DNA of 63,827 nt, filler included, from Octopus bimaculoides (lineage: Eukaryota), in NCBI RefSeq assembly GCF_001194135.2. It is 5 parts of 5 records of this genome, joined end to end, with 100 filler letters (N's around TTAATTAATTAA, not from the genome) between each part and the next. Parts side by side here need not be neighbours in the genome. Positions count along the whole stretch, not along the records: positions 1 to 27,272 come from NC_068986.1; positions 27,373 to 49,012 come from NC_068988.1; 3 more parts are not named here. One strand, 5' to 3'. Shown in pieces: positions 24,104 through 38,200 of the stretch. The position numbers and the translations under genes were made by a program. Position 1 is the first letter of the stretch. Every line of letters starts with the position of its first letter. The notes under the pieces are model-generated. The model was not told the DNA's origin, did not search any database, and was given only the letters and a program-made list of their open reading frames with translations.

Positions 24104-24599
24104 TACTACCAGGGGCTTTAGCTACATTATACCATTTACCACCTCACTAAACAAGTGTTTGTCACATTGTACTTGACTTCCTCCTCTAAAAGACCCTTTA
24201 AAGAAACCAGGGCTGAATGACAACTTGTTAAAAGGCTGACTCAGTAATGACTCAGTGTTTCAGATCACATAATTGTTGATGTACAGTAATCCAGGAATAC
24301 AGGGAGTAACCTGAAACAGCTTGGTCTAAATAGCTGAGAATAATTTGTTCACCACTTTATTAGGTGTCTTCAGTAAAGTAAAGCTTATACCAGCCAGCTG
24401 TAGGAGCACTTTGGATTCCATGTGCTTTGTAGACATTTTCAAACCCTATGAAGGATTTAGTTTGGAGAGGAAAAGTTTTCATTCCAAAAGTTGAACTGTC
24501 CAAAGATATATATATATATATATATATATATAGTGGTTTTAGAAGATTTCATACCAATCTTGGTACAAAGTCTTTAGAATTTTGCTCAACTTTACTCTT

Positions 24600-24788
24600 T
24601 TACTTGTTTTAGTCATCTGATTGTGGCCATGCTGGAGCACCACCTTTAGTCAAGCAAATCGACCTGAGGACTTATTCTTTGTAAGCCTAGTACTTATTCT
24701 ATCGGTCTCTTTTGCCGAACCGCTAAGTTACGGGGACGTAAACACAACAGCATTGGTTGTCAAGCAATGTTGCGGGGGACAAACACTG

Positions 24789-24800
<12 letters not shown>
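24600..24800. mobile_element. Family-C interspersed repeat, usually joined through (CA)n/(TA)n to family A. Other copies at about 5635, 13650, 18335, 51120, 61600 and 62275.
   Basis: Consensus gactgtggccatgctggagcaccacctttagtc..cttattctttgtaagcctagtacttattctatcggtctcttttgccgaaccgctaagttacggggacgtaaacac. Confidence 0.72.
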
Positions 24801-24824
<24 letters not shown>

Positions 24825-25545
24825 GGGCTTCTTTCAGTTTCCGTCTACCAAATCCACTCACAAGGCGTTGGTTAGCCTGAGGCTTTAGTTGAAGACACTT
24901 GCCCAAGGTGCCATGCAGTGGGACTGAACCTGGAACCATGTGGTTTGTAAGCAAGCTGCTTACCACACAGGCACTCCTACACCTTATTAACAATAAAGTA
25001 CTTTAAAAGCTATTTGACCGTTTTCATATTTCAGCTTAATCTCTTTGTGCTGGTAGATTTGTAAGAAAATAGAACGGAGATTTTGCATCTCAAGACAGTT
25101 TATGAACTTGAAGAAATTCCCTGTGACTTAGAACCACTATGTTACCTTTAGACTAGCTGGAAATAGCAGTCAAGGCTCCTTCAAATCACATACTGCTCTA
25201 ATGTTGTCCTGAGTGTTCTGTGACTGAATAAAAGACAAGGTTTTAACCGCTGAAACATCTTTGGTCCTAAGTCAGGACCGATTTGGGACTAAACTTTAAT
25301 GTAATAAGGAGTTTTCACTTAAATACAAAAACTTCAAGTCAACAAGGAAACCTTTGTGTCGTTGTTCAACCTCTTAGAGTAATTACACCCATCATCTTCA
25401 AAATGGTGATGATACATTGCGTAATGTAATACTAGAAACACAAAGCTTAAAAGAACAGGATGGTCATAGCTACTGGATTGTCTTAAATTCAGTTGCAGGC
25501 TCACCACCATGGGAATTCATAAATCCAGTATATATTCCTGATAGT

Positions 25546-25924
25546 GGAGGCACAATGGCCCAGTGGTTAGGGCAGCGGACTCGTGGTCATAGGATCGCGG
25601 TTTCGATTGCCAGACCGGGCATTGTGAGTGTTTATTGAGTGAAAACACCTAAAGCTCCATGAGGCTCCAGCAGGGGATGGTGGCGAACCCTGCTGCACTC
25701 TTCCACAACTTTCTCTCACTCTTACTTCCTGTTTCTGTTGCGCCTGTAATTCAAAGGGTCAACCTTGTCACACTATGTCATGCTGAATATCCCCGAGAAC
25801 TACGTTAAGGGTACATGTGTCTGTGGAGTACTCAGCCACTTGCACGTTACTCTCACGAGCAGGCTGTTCCATTGATCGGATCAACTGGAACCCTCGACGT
25901 CGTAAGCGACGGAGCGCCAACAAC
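25546..25924 (+). mobile_element. Full-length tRNA-derived SINE with 14-bp TSD
   Basis: A-box TGGCCCAGTGG, B-box-like GTTTCGATTGC and a (CAA)n end. TSD ATATTCCTGATAGT at 25532-25545 and 25925-25938. Confidence 0.88.
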
Positions 25925-26179
25925 ATATTCCTGATAGTTGTACTTCTTCACTGCCAAAACAGACGAAATCCTCAAGTTGAGCCATCGTAGGGGTTTGGCT
26001 TCAAAACCGACGGAAGGCTAAATACTATCTGGATTTTCACTTTGCTTTGGTGACAAATTCCAGTAAGACTAAACAATGTCTGTAGCTACCACCTTACTTC
26101 CTAAACATCTAAATTTTTTCTATGTCATTCACAATATCGATCCTACCTTGATATATTTAAATTTATTGGCATCCATGCC

Positions 26180-26702
26180 AACCTCTCCTTCATTGAACAC
26201 TAAACTCAGCTTGCAAAGACCTGTTGGGGGCAAGTGAAAGCGAAATTGTGATGGCACCTGTACCAGTGGAGCGCTAAGAGTACCGTTCGAGCATGATCAA
26301 TGCCAGAGCAGCTGTCTGGCTTCCGGGCCAGCGGCACGTAAATAGCACCATTTGAGCGTGATCATTACCAGCGTCACCTTACTGGCACTTGTGCTGGTGG
26401 CACACGAAAAGACATTTGAGCGAGGTTGTTGCCAGTGCCGATGGACTGGCTCCTGTGCAGGTGGCACATAAAATACACCATTTTGAGTGTGGCCATTGCC
26501 AGTACCGCCAGACTGGCCTTCATGCTGGTGGCACGTAAAAGCACCCGCTACACTCTCTGAATGGTTGGCATTAGGAAGGGCATCCAGCTGTAGAAACTCT
26601 GCCAGATGAGATTGGAGCCTGGTGTAGCCATCTGGTTCGCCAGTCCTCAGTCAAATCGTCCAACCCATGCCAGCATGGAAAGCAGACGTTAAACGATGAT
26701 GC
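26180..26702 (+). mobile_element. RTE-type 3' UTR fragment (four full modules and one partial module)
   Basis: Same family, ending gttaaacgatgat. Confidence 0.8.
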
Positions 26703-27316
26703 TGTCCCAAGCATAATAATCTCTATAGCAACCAAATTAGTTTAATAATCAATGGGAATAATATTAATGTTACCAGAAAATAAATTTGATCCTGGAGGGA
26801 TTTTAACTCAGCAAGAAACTACCACAAGGTATTGTGATTGACATTACTCTATCACTTGCTACAAGCTGCTATATGGTCATTTGACCTGCTAGGAATAGCA
26901 GCCAATTCAGCAAAAAATTGCACCAGAGTACTTTAGAGAGGAAAAAGGAGGAGTAGATTGAGTGACGATTCAAGTTTACAATGTCTTTGGGAAAGACTGG
27001 ATGAACACCTGTCTGTTGAAGCCTAGGGCTAAACAAAAACAACAACAAAGTAGTCACTGTTTTCATGTCCATTTTTATTTTACTTCATTGATATAACAAT
27101 AATTAAGAGAGAATTGGGTTTCTTTTTTTTTTTTTTGGTATTTTTTGTTCATTTTGTTTAGACTTTGTTCTTTTATTTTTAAAAACAATACTTGATAACT
27201 TTCAAGTCAGTTACCTGAAATTTTGTTTAGACGTCCACTTTCCTCACCAATTTCTTGTGTGTGTGTGTGTGTNNNNNNNNNNNNNNNNNNNNNNNNNNNN
27301 NNNNNNNNNNNNNNNN

Positions 27317-27328
27317 TTAATTAATTAA
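27317..27328. other. Artificial scaffold linker TTAATTAATTAA inside an N gap (also 49057-49068, 60494-60505, 62765-62776)
   Basis: An identical 12-mer with stops in all six frames, embedded in N runs four times. Confidence 0.93.
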
Positions 27329-28347
27329 NNNNNNNNNNNNNNNNNNNNNNNNNNNNNNNNNNNNNNNNNNNNATATATATAAACAAATGAAATATATCCA
27401 ACAAAATCGGAAGAACTTTCATAATGTTAAATGATAAGAAAGCGTTCAACGATACCAATTAACTTACAGTGGTTAATTTTTTTGTCTTAGTTACAATATG
27501 TCAGTACTATATCCGTGTTGTATCACTGTTACACCAGTCCTATTGAAAATTAAATATCTGTTTGGAAAGCTCCAGAACTATCACAACATAAATGAAATTT
27601 GTAAAGATATATATCCCGAACCTATGTACAGCACGTTCACTGTACATATTCCAACAGAATCAGTAAAATGATATAGTATTATATCAAAAGCAATAGAAGC
27701 GATCGTATAGCATGTACTAAACATGGGGGAGGAGGGAATATATGCTTTGGCATCTAACCGGCGAAATGTAAAAACGGAAATGTACGATATTATTTTAAAA
27801 CGGTGAAAATGTAACATAAATATATACAAGTAAATAAATAAATCGGCTCTAACATATTCTGCAATAATATGCCAATTTAAATTATATATTTCTAGGAATG
27901 AAGGAGGATAACCATCAGTTGAAGTCCAGCATGTGATAGAATGTTCGAAACCAAAAACAAAAGTGACGTTATTACACCGAACTTTCTTAATACAGTTGAT
28001 ATAAACCTATAATAAAGTTACATCAAAATAACCTAAAGTCCTATATATCTAACATTCGTATTTTTTCCTGTTTTTGTCTTAGAGTATTTATGTTGCATAT
28101 GTTGAGAACTTACTGATTTATTTAATGACTTCTTAAATGATATGGTGTATGGTGACATATAAAAAAATGATAATAATATTCTAAAGGAGATAATAATTAC
28201 AGGTTGTGGTGTAACTTACATTTACTGAATATATTCTTATTCTAGCTGCAGAGAATAAACGTTCCATTAGAAAATTAAGTCACTGAGAGATAAGGTTATA
28301 TGCATATGTATACACACCCACATAGACCACACACAAACATACATATT

Positions 28348-28400
<53 letters not shown>

Positions 28401-28743
28401 NNNNNNNNNNNNNNNNNNNNNNNNNNNNNNNNNNNNNNNNNNNNNNNNNNNNNNNNNNNNNNNNNNNNNNNNNNNNNNNNNNNNNNNNNNNNNNNNNNNN
28501 NNNNNNNNNNNNNNNNNNNNNNNNNNNNNNNNNNNNNNNNNNNNNNNNNNNNNNNNNNNNNNNNNNNNNNNNNNNNNNNNNNNNNNNNNNNNNNNNNNNN
28601 NNNNNNNNNNNNNNNNNNNNNNNNNNNNNNNNNNNNNNNNNNNNNNNNNNNNNNNNNNNNNNNNNNNNNNNNNNNNNNNNNNNNNNNNNNNNNNNNNNNN
28701 NNNNNNNNNNNNNNNNNNNNNNNNNNNNNNNNNNNNNNNNNNN

Positions 28744-28774
<31 letters not shown>

Positions 28775-31700
28775 ATATACAAGATTTGAGTTCAGTATGA
28801 AATTATTAGTTTCATACTTTGAAAATTAGATGATCTGAAAATGTTTTTTCGTGGACTAGTTGTTTCGCAGCAAACTCTTATTCTCGAATATGTAACATGA
28901 CTGATCTCTTAAAAAAAAAAAAAAAGAGTATCACACAATTCCTTCATTCGAAAGACGAATTTAAGTTTGCTTTACATCCAGCTATTTAAACGCTGTTTAT
29001 AGATTTATCCGAAAACATTTGCCCAAATTTTAAAACTGTTGCAGCTCATCTCGATGATAATAAAGCAGGCAAAATTCATACATTGTTATACTATCCGTTT
29101 GTACCATGCCATCGGCATTGCAATTTAATGACACTAAGATTTACAAAATCGATTCATCTGACTTTAAATATTGGTTATAAATATTACTATCAGATCATAA
29201 ATTTAACGGGCATTGTTTATTTCACAAAATCATATTTACATATCAGTCAATATTTGTGACGTGAATATTGACGAGCTTTATAATGCAGAATATTCTTCAA
29301 TACTTTTAGTGAAATTTGCAACTGACGGAAATAATAATAATTATGAGATCATCTCTATTATTATCTTGCTTGTATATCATCTGTTGTTCATTCGACACTA
29401 ACTTTTATGTGTCAACATCTCCAGTGTGAGCCCAAACATTACTATGTTACCAGCTGAATACATTTATATCTTTCGAAGCTCATTAAATTTAGCTCCTTGT
29501 TATAAATGAATAAAGAAAATGTATCATGGATACATAAAAGAATTCACTGTGCATCTACATGAGTAATTCTACAAGAATGTTGATTCAATATCCAAAGTCA
29601 TACACTGGTGTGAGAGCTTTTTTATTGAATTACATGGTTAGCATGGGTGTAAAGTATATCTTTTAATTAATCTAAATCTCCTGATATTTAAACTTTCATT
29701 TCAAAAGGACTGTAACAGAAGCACAAGCAAAGACTTACTAGCATAAGTAATTATGTAGAGGCAATATCTGGGACGTAAATAGTATCAATTTGTATAAAGC
29801 TACATATACAAACATGGACGGTCATGACTTCTTAAGATATTTATAAATTTCGCTAGTTATAACTGCATAGATGATTTCAACTACACTGAATGGAGCATTT
29901 CCAGTTATGTCAATGGTGTTACTTGATGTGTGAGATTGTCGATCTGTGAGTCAACGACAAGTAGAAACGCAGGACAGGCAGCAGAAAAATTTATACTTTA
30001 AATGTGTTAGAAAATATGTTTTAGAATTATTTGACTGGTAGACGTTTAATTCTACAACGTTAGAATGAATAAATTAGGGCGTAATATTTTAACAAGTTTT
30101 TCAAACAAGATGTCGGTTACTTTCAGCTGTAAACGTGGAGAAATTTGCTGAACCTTCAGGAAAGGAGTTTGATCAGATATTTATCATTTAAACATGATCA
30201 ATATTTTATATGTATCCTACGCTTCGTACAATTACAATTTGTAGCAATTCATTTACTCATTTCCATTATTAATATTAAAGAATTAAGAACGAGGTAAATC
30301 CGTAAGGTCATTCAACAATGATATTGCATGGATAATAAAATGTTTTTCATCAAAGCATCATTCCGTTCATCAATAACAAGTCATAGATAATTCCTTGGTA
30401 TGTTCAGTGATTTCGCAATCAACGAGAGAAAATTAACGTTGTGATTGTCTTGCTGCGTACGTTGGTTTCACATGGTTCCGCATATATAATAGCATTAATA
30501 ATTTACAGCCTGTCAAAATAATAATTCATCTTAAGGATCTGATTATACAAAGAGATTGTGTATAAGAACGGCTTTCATATTTAACTTCAGGCAAAAGTTT
30601 TCAAAGTATTATACATGTCTCGAAAGAAATATCACTTACAAAACACACTTTAATTGTTTAGAAACTCGAAGAATATTAGGAAGATTAATCTGAATGTCGG
30701 TAAGATATTAAACAGATTTGAATGAATAACAATTTGCAAACTTTGTGAAACGTCTAACTGTTATTAATGTGATTAGAGTCGCGCAATGATAAGCTCTACC
30801 AGATTTCGTGACTGCAAAAGTAATTCAATAAAGTAGTGTAATACATTTATTTGTTTATACATTATAACTCTTGTATTTTGTGAATAATTACGTCATCGAT
30901 AGCAGATTTCCAACGGGCTAATCGCTGGTTCTACATTTAGAGCTGCGAGTGTGGTGGGAAGATGCGTTTTTCTTTATTTTTCGATGGAAAAGTAATAGTA
31001 AAATTGATTTCAACAATATATTTCTTATTAAAATAGCGCCATTAATATGTACACAAGGCGTGGAGGAGTAGTAAGAAGTATAATTCACAACAATATGATT
31101 CTGTGTTCAGTCCTACTGCGTACCACCTGGGGCAAGTGTCTTCTACTATAACTTCGGGCCGAATAAAGCCTTCTGAGTAAATTTGGTAGACGGAGAATGA
31201 AAGAAGCCTGTCGTATATATATATATATATATATNNNNNNNNNNNNNNNNNNNNNNNNNNNNNNNNNNNNNNNNNNNNNNNNNNNNNNNNNNNNNNNNNN
31301 NNNNNNNNNNNNNNNNNNNNNNNNNNNNNNNNNNNNNNNNNNNNNNNNNNNNNNNNNNNNNNNNNNNNNNNNNNNNNNNNNNNNNNNNNNNNNNNNNNNN
31401 NNNNNNNNNNNNNNNNNNNNNNNNNNNNNNNNNNNNNNNNNNNNNNNNNNNNNNNNNNNNNNNNNNNNNNNNNNNNNNNNNNNNNNNNNNNNNNNNNNNN
31501 NNNNNNNNNNNNNNNNNNNNNNNNNNNNNNNNNNNNNNNNNNNNNNNNNNNNNNNNNNNNNNNNNNNNNNNNNNNNNNNNNNNNNNNNNNNNNNNNNNNN
31601 NNNNNNNNNNNNNNNNNNNNNNNNNNNNNNNNNNNNNNNNNNNNNNNNNNNNNNNNNNNNNNNNNNNNNNNNNNNNNNNNNNNNNNNNNNNNNNNNNNNN

Positions 31701-32105
31701 NNNNNNNNNNNNNNNNNNNNNNNNNNNNNNNNNNNNNNNNNNNNNNNNNNNNNNNNNNNNNNNNNNNNNNNNNNNNNNNNNNNNNNNNNNNNNNNNNNNN
31801 NNNNNNNNNNNNNNNNNNNNNNNNNNNNNNNNNNNNNNNNNNNNNNNNNNNNNNNNNNNNNNNNNNNNNNNNNNNNNNNNNNNNNNNNNNNNNNNNNNNN
31901 NNNNNNNNNNNNNNNNNNNNNNNNNNNNNNNNNNNNNNNNNNNNNNNNNNNNNNNNNNNNNNNNNNNNNNNNNNNNNNNNNNNNNNNNNNNNNNNNNNNN
32001 NNNNNNNNNNNNNNNNNNNTATATATATATACACATATATGTGACTATGTGTGTGTGTATGTATGTATATATGCATGTATGTATGTATGTATATATGCAT
32101 GTACG

Positions 32106-32139
<34 letters not shown>

Positions 32140-35100
32140 TGTATGTATGTATGAATGCATGCATGCTTGTATGTATGTAAGCAGTGAGATTGTTAAACCG
32201 TTAGCACGCTGGACGATGTGCTTTGCAGCATTTCCACCGTCTTTAAATACTGGGCTTCAATTCCACCAAGTTCGACTTTGCGTTTCATTCTCCGGGTCGA
32301 TGAAATAAACATCCGTTAATCACTGGGTTCTATAAAATCGAGAGTCCCGTTCCCACAAAATTTTTGCCGCTCTAGAAATGGTTTATATATATATATCTAA
32401 GAATGGAATCACTACAGTTCTTGACTACAAATGTTCTCTAATAGATTATGTTGAAAAATCCGAATGTATTGGAGAATACATTTGTAAGGACATCACGAAG
32501 TGAGAACGAACACGGAACGTCGTAATTACGGAGCAGACATCCTCACTACACGACACCACTGATGGGTTTTATCATCGCTTACAATACAAATGCATTTGGC
32601 AAATACATCAACATTAGCACATTTTATTTTCCGACTTTAGATAGATAGACGTCTTTGTTTTAATTGTAAATAGGGTTATGTAAATTCCTATGGTGTGTTT
32701 TATTGCAGTAATAATGATTTCTTTTGATTAAACGGGAGATTAATTTACTGTATGGAGAAATATAATCGATTATATAGACAGCAGTAAATGAATAGTTTTA
32801 ATTTATTGATCCCAGCATGAATCGAAATAAAACCACATGCAGGAAGAAATATTTGCCATAAAGCATACGAAGCGACGTTTTTTACACTTTTTATCATATT
32901 AACATTGCCTTAATAATAATTTCTCGCATTAGGAAAAGGTCAGAATATGTAGGACAAGACCAGTGCTGATTTATTATATTTTCTATGTATTTTACAATGA
33001 TATTAAATGTTAAAGTGACGTGAACTTTTATTATAAAGTGCAAATCAAATGCATGCATATGGAATACAATCATTTTTTCTCGACTAAACCATCAAACAAT
33101 ATGATGGCATGCTGTTAACCAAAGTTTAATAATATCTCAATCTCTTGGCAAAAATATTTTTTTAATATTAGCGGGAGGAAATAGATATGACACGAAAATG
33201 TTACTGCTATTTCGACTTTCATTCTCGAGAGCGTAAACACAAGGGACATAAATCTAAAGCATAAATAGCTCCAATGCATTCCACAATACATTTTCTCCGA
33301 CAGTCCAAACATTCTCCCAATGTACCACCCCGAACCATATAGTAATAATTGATAGTTTACGCACAAAGCCAACAGTTATGCAGGGGAGACAATTAGTCAA
33401 ACCATCGAAAGCACTACTTGAGCAGTACTTTATTTTATTGGCATTGAAAGGATGAAATGCAATTTTAACCGCAACAATCTTTGAATCAAAACCGTAAAGA
33501 ACCGTCATTTGCCGGAGGTCTAATGAGTCTGCCAGCTCGCCGCAATCACTCACATAGCAAAAATATTTCAAATCCGACATATTCTACACATTTCTGTGGA
33601 GAATATGTCCGATGAACATCCTCGATGGTACTTTACAAATGTTGACCTTACTCACTGAAATGAGGAAGAGAACGTCAGTCTGACTGGGAAATGCAGGAAG
33701 AAAATATACTGTGCAGAGTATGTTATTTGGCGCACATAGTGTTTACAATGCTCGGTCACTGATAAACTGTATAAAGATACTGTTAAAATGTCACACCTAA
33801 CTGTCGGAGGTGAAATTCATTTAAAGATGCAAGCATGACAGTAGGTGTTTGTTCCCATTATGTGACATTTTGAGTAACTGCCACGTATTATAGTTGCGGT
33901 TCGACCAAATCCTATTGATGGAAATATTGTTGTCAGTTTATCGCATTGGAGAACTCATTTCTTGTTTTGACTGGTAAATCTAATCTTTCGACTGATATCA
34001 GATTATTATCTGGTTTTGTGTTTATCCTATTGAGGCGACAGTATTTCAAACATGCCGAGCAGATCTGAGGATGAATTAGTTCCGCTCTCATCTGTCACTA
34101 AGTCTTTGAACGTAGCATAAAAATTACATCTATTGTTTTGAAATCTTAGTAACATTTTCCGCAGAATTTTATAAAGTTTGGCACAAAACCAGCAATTTTG
34201 GAGTAGGCGATAAGTCACTTACAACGAAATCGAGACCCAAAATTGGTACTTATTTTATCGACCTCAAAGTATAAAAGGCGAAGTCGAGCTCGACGGCATT
34301 TTAGCTCGGAACAGATAGACAGACGAAATGCCGCTAAACATTTTGCCCGGCTTGCTAATGATTCTGCCAGCTAGACAGCTTAACCATGCTGAAATATCGG
34401 ATTGAGTTCTTTTTTACACACGGGAGCGAAGACATGTTACGATACAAGTAGAGAAATTTGAAAAGACAACACGAAACCGGTTATTTCTCCAAATACAATG
34501 TTTATATACCCAAACTTTTATAACATTTTTCTGATATAACAATTTGAATATATACTTNNNNNNNNNNNNNNNNNNNNNNNNNNNNNNNNNNNNNNNNNNN
34601 NNNNNNNNNNNNNNNNNNNNNNNNNNNNNNNNNNNNNNNNNNNNNNNNNNNNNNNNNNNNNNNNNNNNNNNNNNNNNNNNNNNNNNNNNNNNNNNNNNNN
34701 NNNNNNNNNNNNNNNNNNNNNNNNNNNNNNNNNNNNNNNNNNNNNNNNNNNNNNNNNNNNNNNNNNNTATATATATATATATATATAAACAATATATGAG
34801 TATATGCATATATATGTACATGTATGTATATACCTTCATCCACATGTACATATAGATACATAACTGGGTACATGACGTGGAAAAAGAACATGGACAAAAT
34901 GGTAAACAAGGTGCAACAAACAAGCAGGCCACATAGAAACATCCCCGTATGTATGTATGTATGTATGTATGTACATACATATCAGCTGTTATGCAGGGAT
35001 TGCAATTGAAATCATCATCTGCATCTTTTATATTTCTATGATCATTATATGTGCTTCATAGAGAATGATTTAGATATAATGGAAATGGCTCCGTTTCGCC

Positions 35101-36248
35101 GTTTAGTATCGGATTTACCATTGCATTCGCATTGAACATAATATTAAAAAAAAAGACAAATAAATAACCCTCTGAAAAAAAATTACACACGACATTCAAC
35201 AAGAAAAAGAATTCTACTTCGCTTCTTTACTATTCTCTTTAAAAATGTCATTTATTTTGTTACATCTCAAGAAATAAAACTTCCATTTTATTTTCCTTAT
35301 ATCCGGTCTCCTATCTTTTGTTTTCTTCCATGTTCTGTTTTATATTGTTTTACACATTGATATTTCTTCCATTTGCAGTTTTATTTTATACGTTTTTACG
35401 TCCATGTTTCTTATTTCATTTTAGCTGGGGTTTTTTTCTCTTTTTACTTTTGCTGCTATATATGCATGAATCTTGATCTTTTCGGTTACAACATTTGATT
35501 TTAATTAGATACAGACTGTCCAATCAGAGTCCTATGTCAAATTAAAATTATTGTTTCCTTTCTCGAATTTCATTTTTTCTCTTTTCTTTATAATCTTTGT
35601 AGCCGTTTTTTTTTTAAATTCGCTACTTTTCCTTATTTTTTTTTCCGTTAACATGGTGTACTACCATATGTTTACGCCTCAATGTATTAACGTTTACCAT
35701 TGTCAATATTTAATGCATTTTCCTAATGACGGATGTTTCATTCTTTTTCCCTATTCAACCTGCTGCAAATAACAATGTCAAAGCTGATTTAATTACGGAA
35801 TGATTGCCAATTAAAAACTATAAAATTATAATTACGAAATGCACAAAAAATAGAAGTAATTTATAAGAAAATTAAATAATAATAAAAATCTTAATGTCAT
35901 ACTGTGAAAACTAAAATAAATCAAGTTTTAATAAGGAAATCCAATACAAAATGTATGCAATCAAGTTTGTCAAACATCATTTTTCTACAAGTAATTTATG
36001 CACGTTTTCCTTAGATGAATTCTCCTTTTCTTTATACTTCTCACTGGATTTCTTCAATATAAATAAAGATTTGAATCATTGTACCAGCCAGCATGCATTC
36101 CTGAGTATATGTTCTCGCTACACCAACAGGTGTAATCGTGTATTGTTCATTTTGCTTGTGGGATGTCTCCCAATTCAAACCCGAACGAGCACATCTCTGC
36201 CCAGCTGCATTCAAGCAAAGGACAATGCAATTCCAGGGAGAGGGAGAG

Positions 36249-36317
<69 letters not shown>

Positions 36318-37489
36318 GTTTCGTCAACTAATATTTGCTTTTCTAATTAGGTATGCCCATATTTTCGAGAGATATGGCTGGTACTTTTTATAGGTTCAGT
36401 GAAAAGGCATCTGTATTGTACCACGTACATTCGAATGTGTATAGACTTATTCCATTATTTATGCTGACTGATATATTGAAAGTTATCGCTGATGTAGCTG
36501 TCATATGGTCATAGGTGTTACAATCATAACGGTTCCCTCACTCGACAGTGATGTTCAGTTAAACAAGGAAAAGAAACCTAAAGCTGTAAGGAAACATGTT
36601 CGATGCGCAAAAGCTTGAACGCGAAAATAAAACCCAAAAATCTACTTGGCATTGGATGGAAGCAAACATTTATTGAACTAGTGGATAATATATTACAAGC
36701 GAAAATGATAATTGTGTATGATATAAGAACGCGGTCTGAATTCTCTGTTTGGAGGATGGAAATTATTGGTTACATTATTTGTAATACTGGAATTCTTTTA
36801 TCACCTCCACTCATAATAATTGTTTCTACTGTTGTTACAAGGTCTGAAATTTTGTGCGATCATTGATTTCATCCACCCTAGTGGTTGACTGGCGGTGGTA
36901 GTGGTGGTGGTGGTGGTGGTTAATCTATAACACCCAACGCAATATTTGTCAGTTATTTTTAATGACCATCATCGGATGTAAGGTGAAATGACCCGGTGTG
37001 GGATATGAAAGCAGAGAGTAAAGCGATGATAGCTATACACAATGCCTTTGTCCTGACGGCCTCATGGATCTGCGAACAACCACAATTACGAAGTCGTATA
37101 ATTATAGACGTATTAATAATACATGTTCTAATGACATACGTGGTATCACTCATACAGTCAAAGGAGTTTTTTTTATGAATTCTTTACACAAACGTTAGAC
37201 GTTTTGTTATACAGTGAAAAAAAATATGTTGCAAACCGTTAACTTGAGCACATTTTAAATATTTACGGATACATCTGCTCCCAAAGTTTTATAAAGCTAT
37301 AGCAAAACTCTACTACTTCACACTTCGAGCTGTTGTTTTGTCTCCGCAGCAATACTGAAGTTGAATTCATATCTAGTTGTGTTGGATACACCCAGTTTTG
37401 TCATTTTCAAGAGACAATACACTTCACCTCTCCTCTCGCTTTATACACTTAGAGAGAAACTCGAGGTGGTTGTTTTAAAAGATCCTAAA

Positions 37490-37830
37490 AAATGGCACAT
37501 CATTAGAAAGTGCACAAAATTGGCGCAACGCAAATGCAAAGGACGCCATGACAATGTGGCAAGAATGATCCAGTGGGAGCTCTGTGGAAATTGCTGCCTA
37601 CAAAGGTCAGAACTGTGCTATGAGCAAACCCCAAGAGGAGTTATCGAGAATGATAATTGTAAACTTCTGTGGAATACAATGATCCAGTACGTTCACTTGA
37701 TCAGACATCGGAAACCGGACATTGGTGTGGTGAATAAAAAAAGGAAAGAACATACATTATAATTCACATAGCCTGTCCCGTGACAACAGGATCAATTTGA
37801 ACGAAGACGGAAGAAAATAAACAATTATGA
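37490..37830 (+). mobile_element. R4/Dong-like LINE zinc-knuckle/RLE domain remnant
   Basis: HII..C.KLAQ..C..RHDNVARMIQWELC...ENDNCKLLWN...HRKPDI.VV. Confidence 0.85.
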
Positions 37831-38200
37831 CTAGTTAGTGATGCCCGGACACTGCACGAGAGCATGCAGAACGGTTTTGTCGCAATGCGCGCCTATCGAA
37901 CAAACCCGTCTGAGAGAACATCCTGTAGAGTTTATCTCGAACCGGTCGCACTGTCCAGTAGCACTGTCCAGTAGCACTGCCAGACCAAGGAAATTTCGAC
38001 ATGATTGTTCCCGGCTGGAAAGTCTTCCTGAACAGACTAACGAGTTACTTCTCGCCGGCGTCCAGAGTCTCCCCGAGAACATCGTCACACTTCCCTGCCA
38101 GCAATCAATTATAAGTTTCTGAAACGGAACATCCACCGATCCCATTGCCCGACTGGTAAAGAGCTGTGAGCCCCTAGACGGAATCAAACCAAGCAATAGG
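37831..38200 (-). mobile_element. Tx1/L1-clade LINE C-terminal remnant
   Basis: Frameshifted PVRDKLYR and TVLHALVQCP zinc-knuckle region. Confidence 0.7.

Noticed and set aside
25546-25620. tRNA gene
   Set aside because: It is a tRNA-like head of a SINE, continuing into a body and tail with a TSD, and forms no complete cloverleaf. The same applies to family A heads.
27317-27328. TTAATTAATTAA islands in gaps as a biological motif
   Set aside because: An identical six-frame-stop 12-mer inside N runs at four places is an assembly linker.
33254-33580. 108-aa minus-strand ORF as a possible CPTP or membrane-protein exon
   Set aside because: No GLTP motifs and no convincing flanking splice sites in frame.
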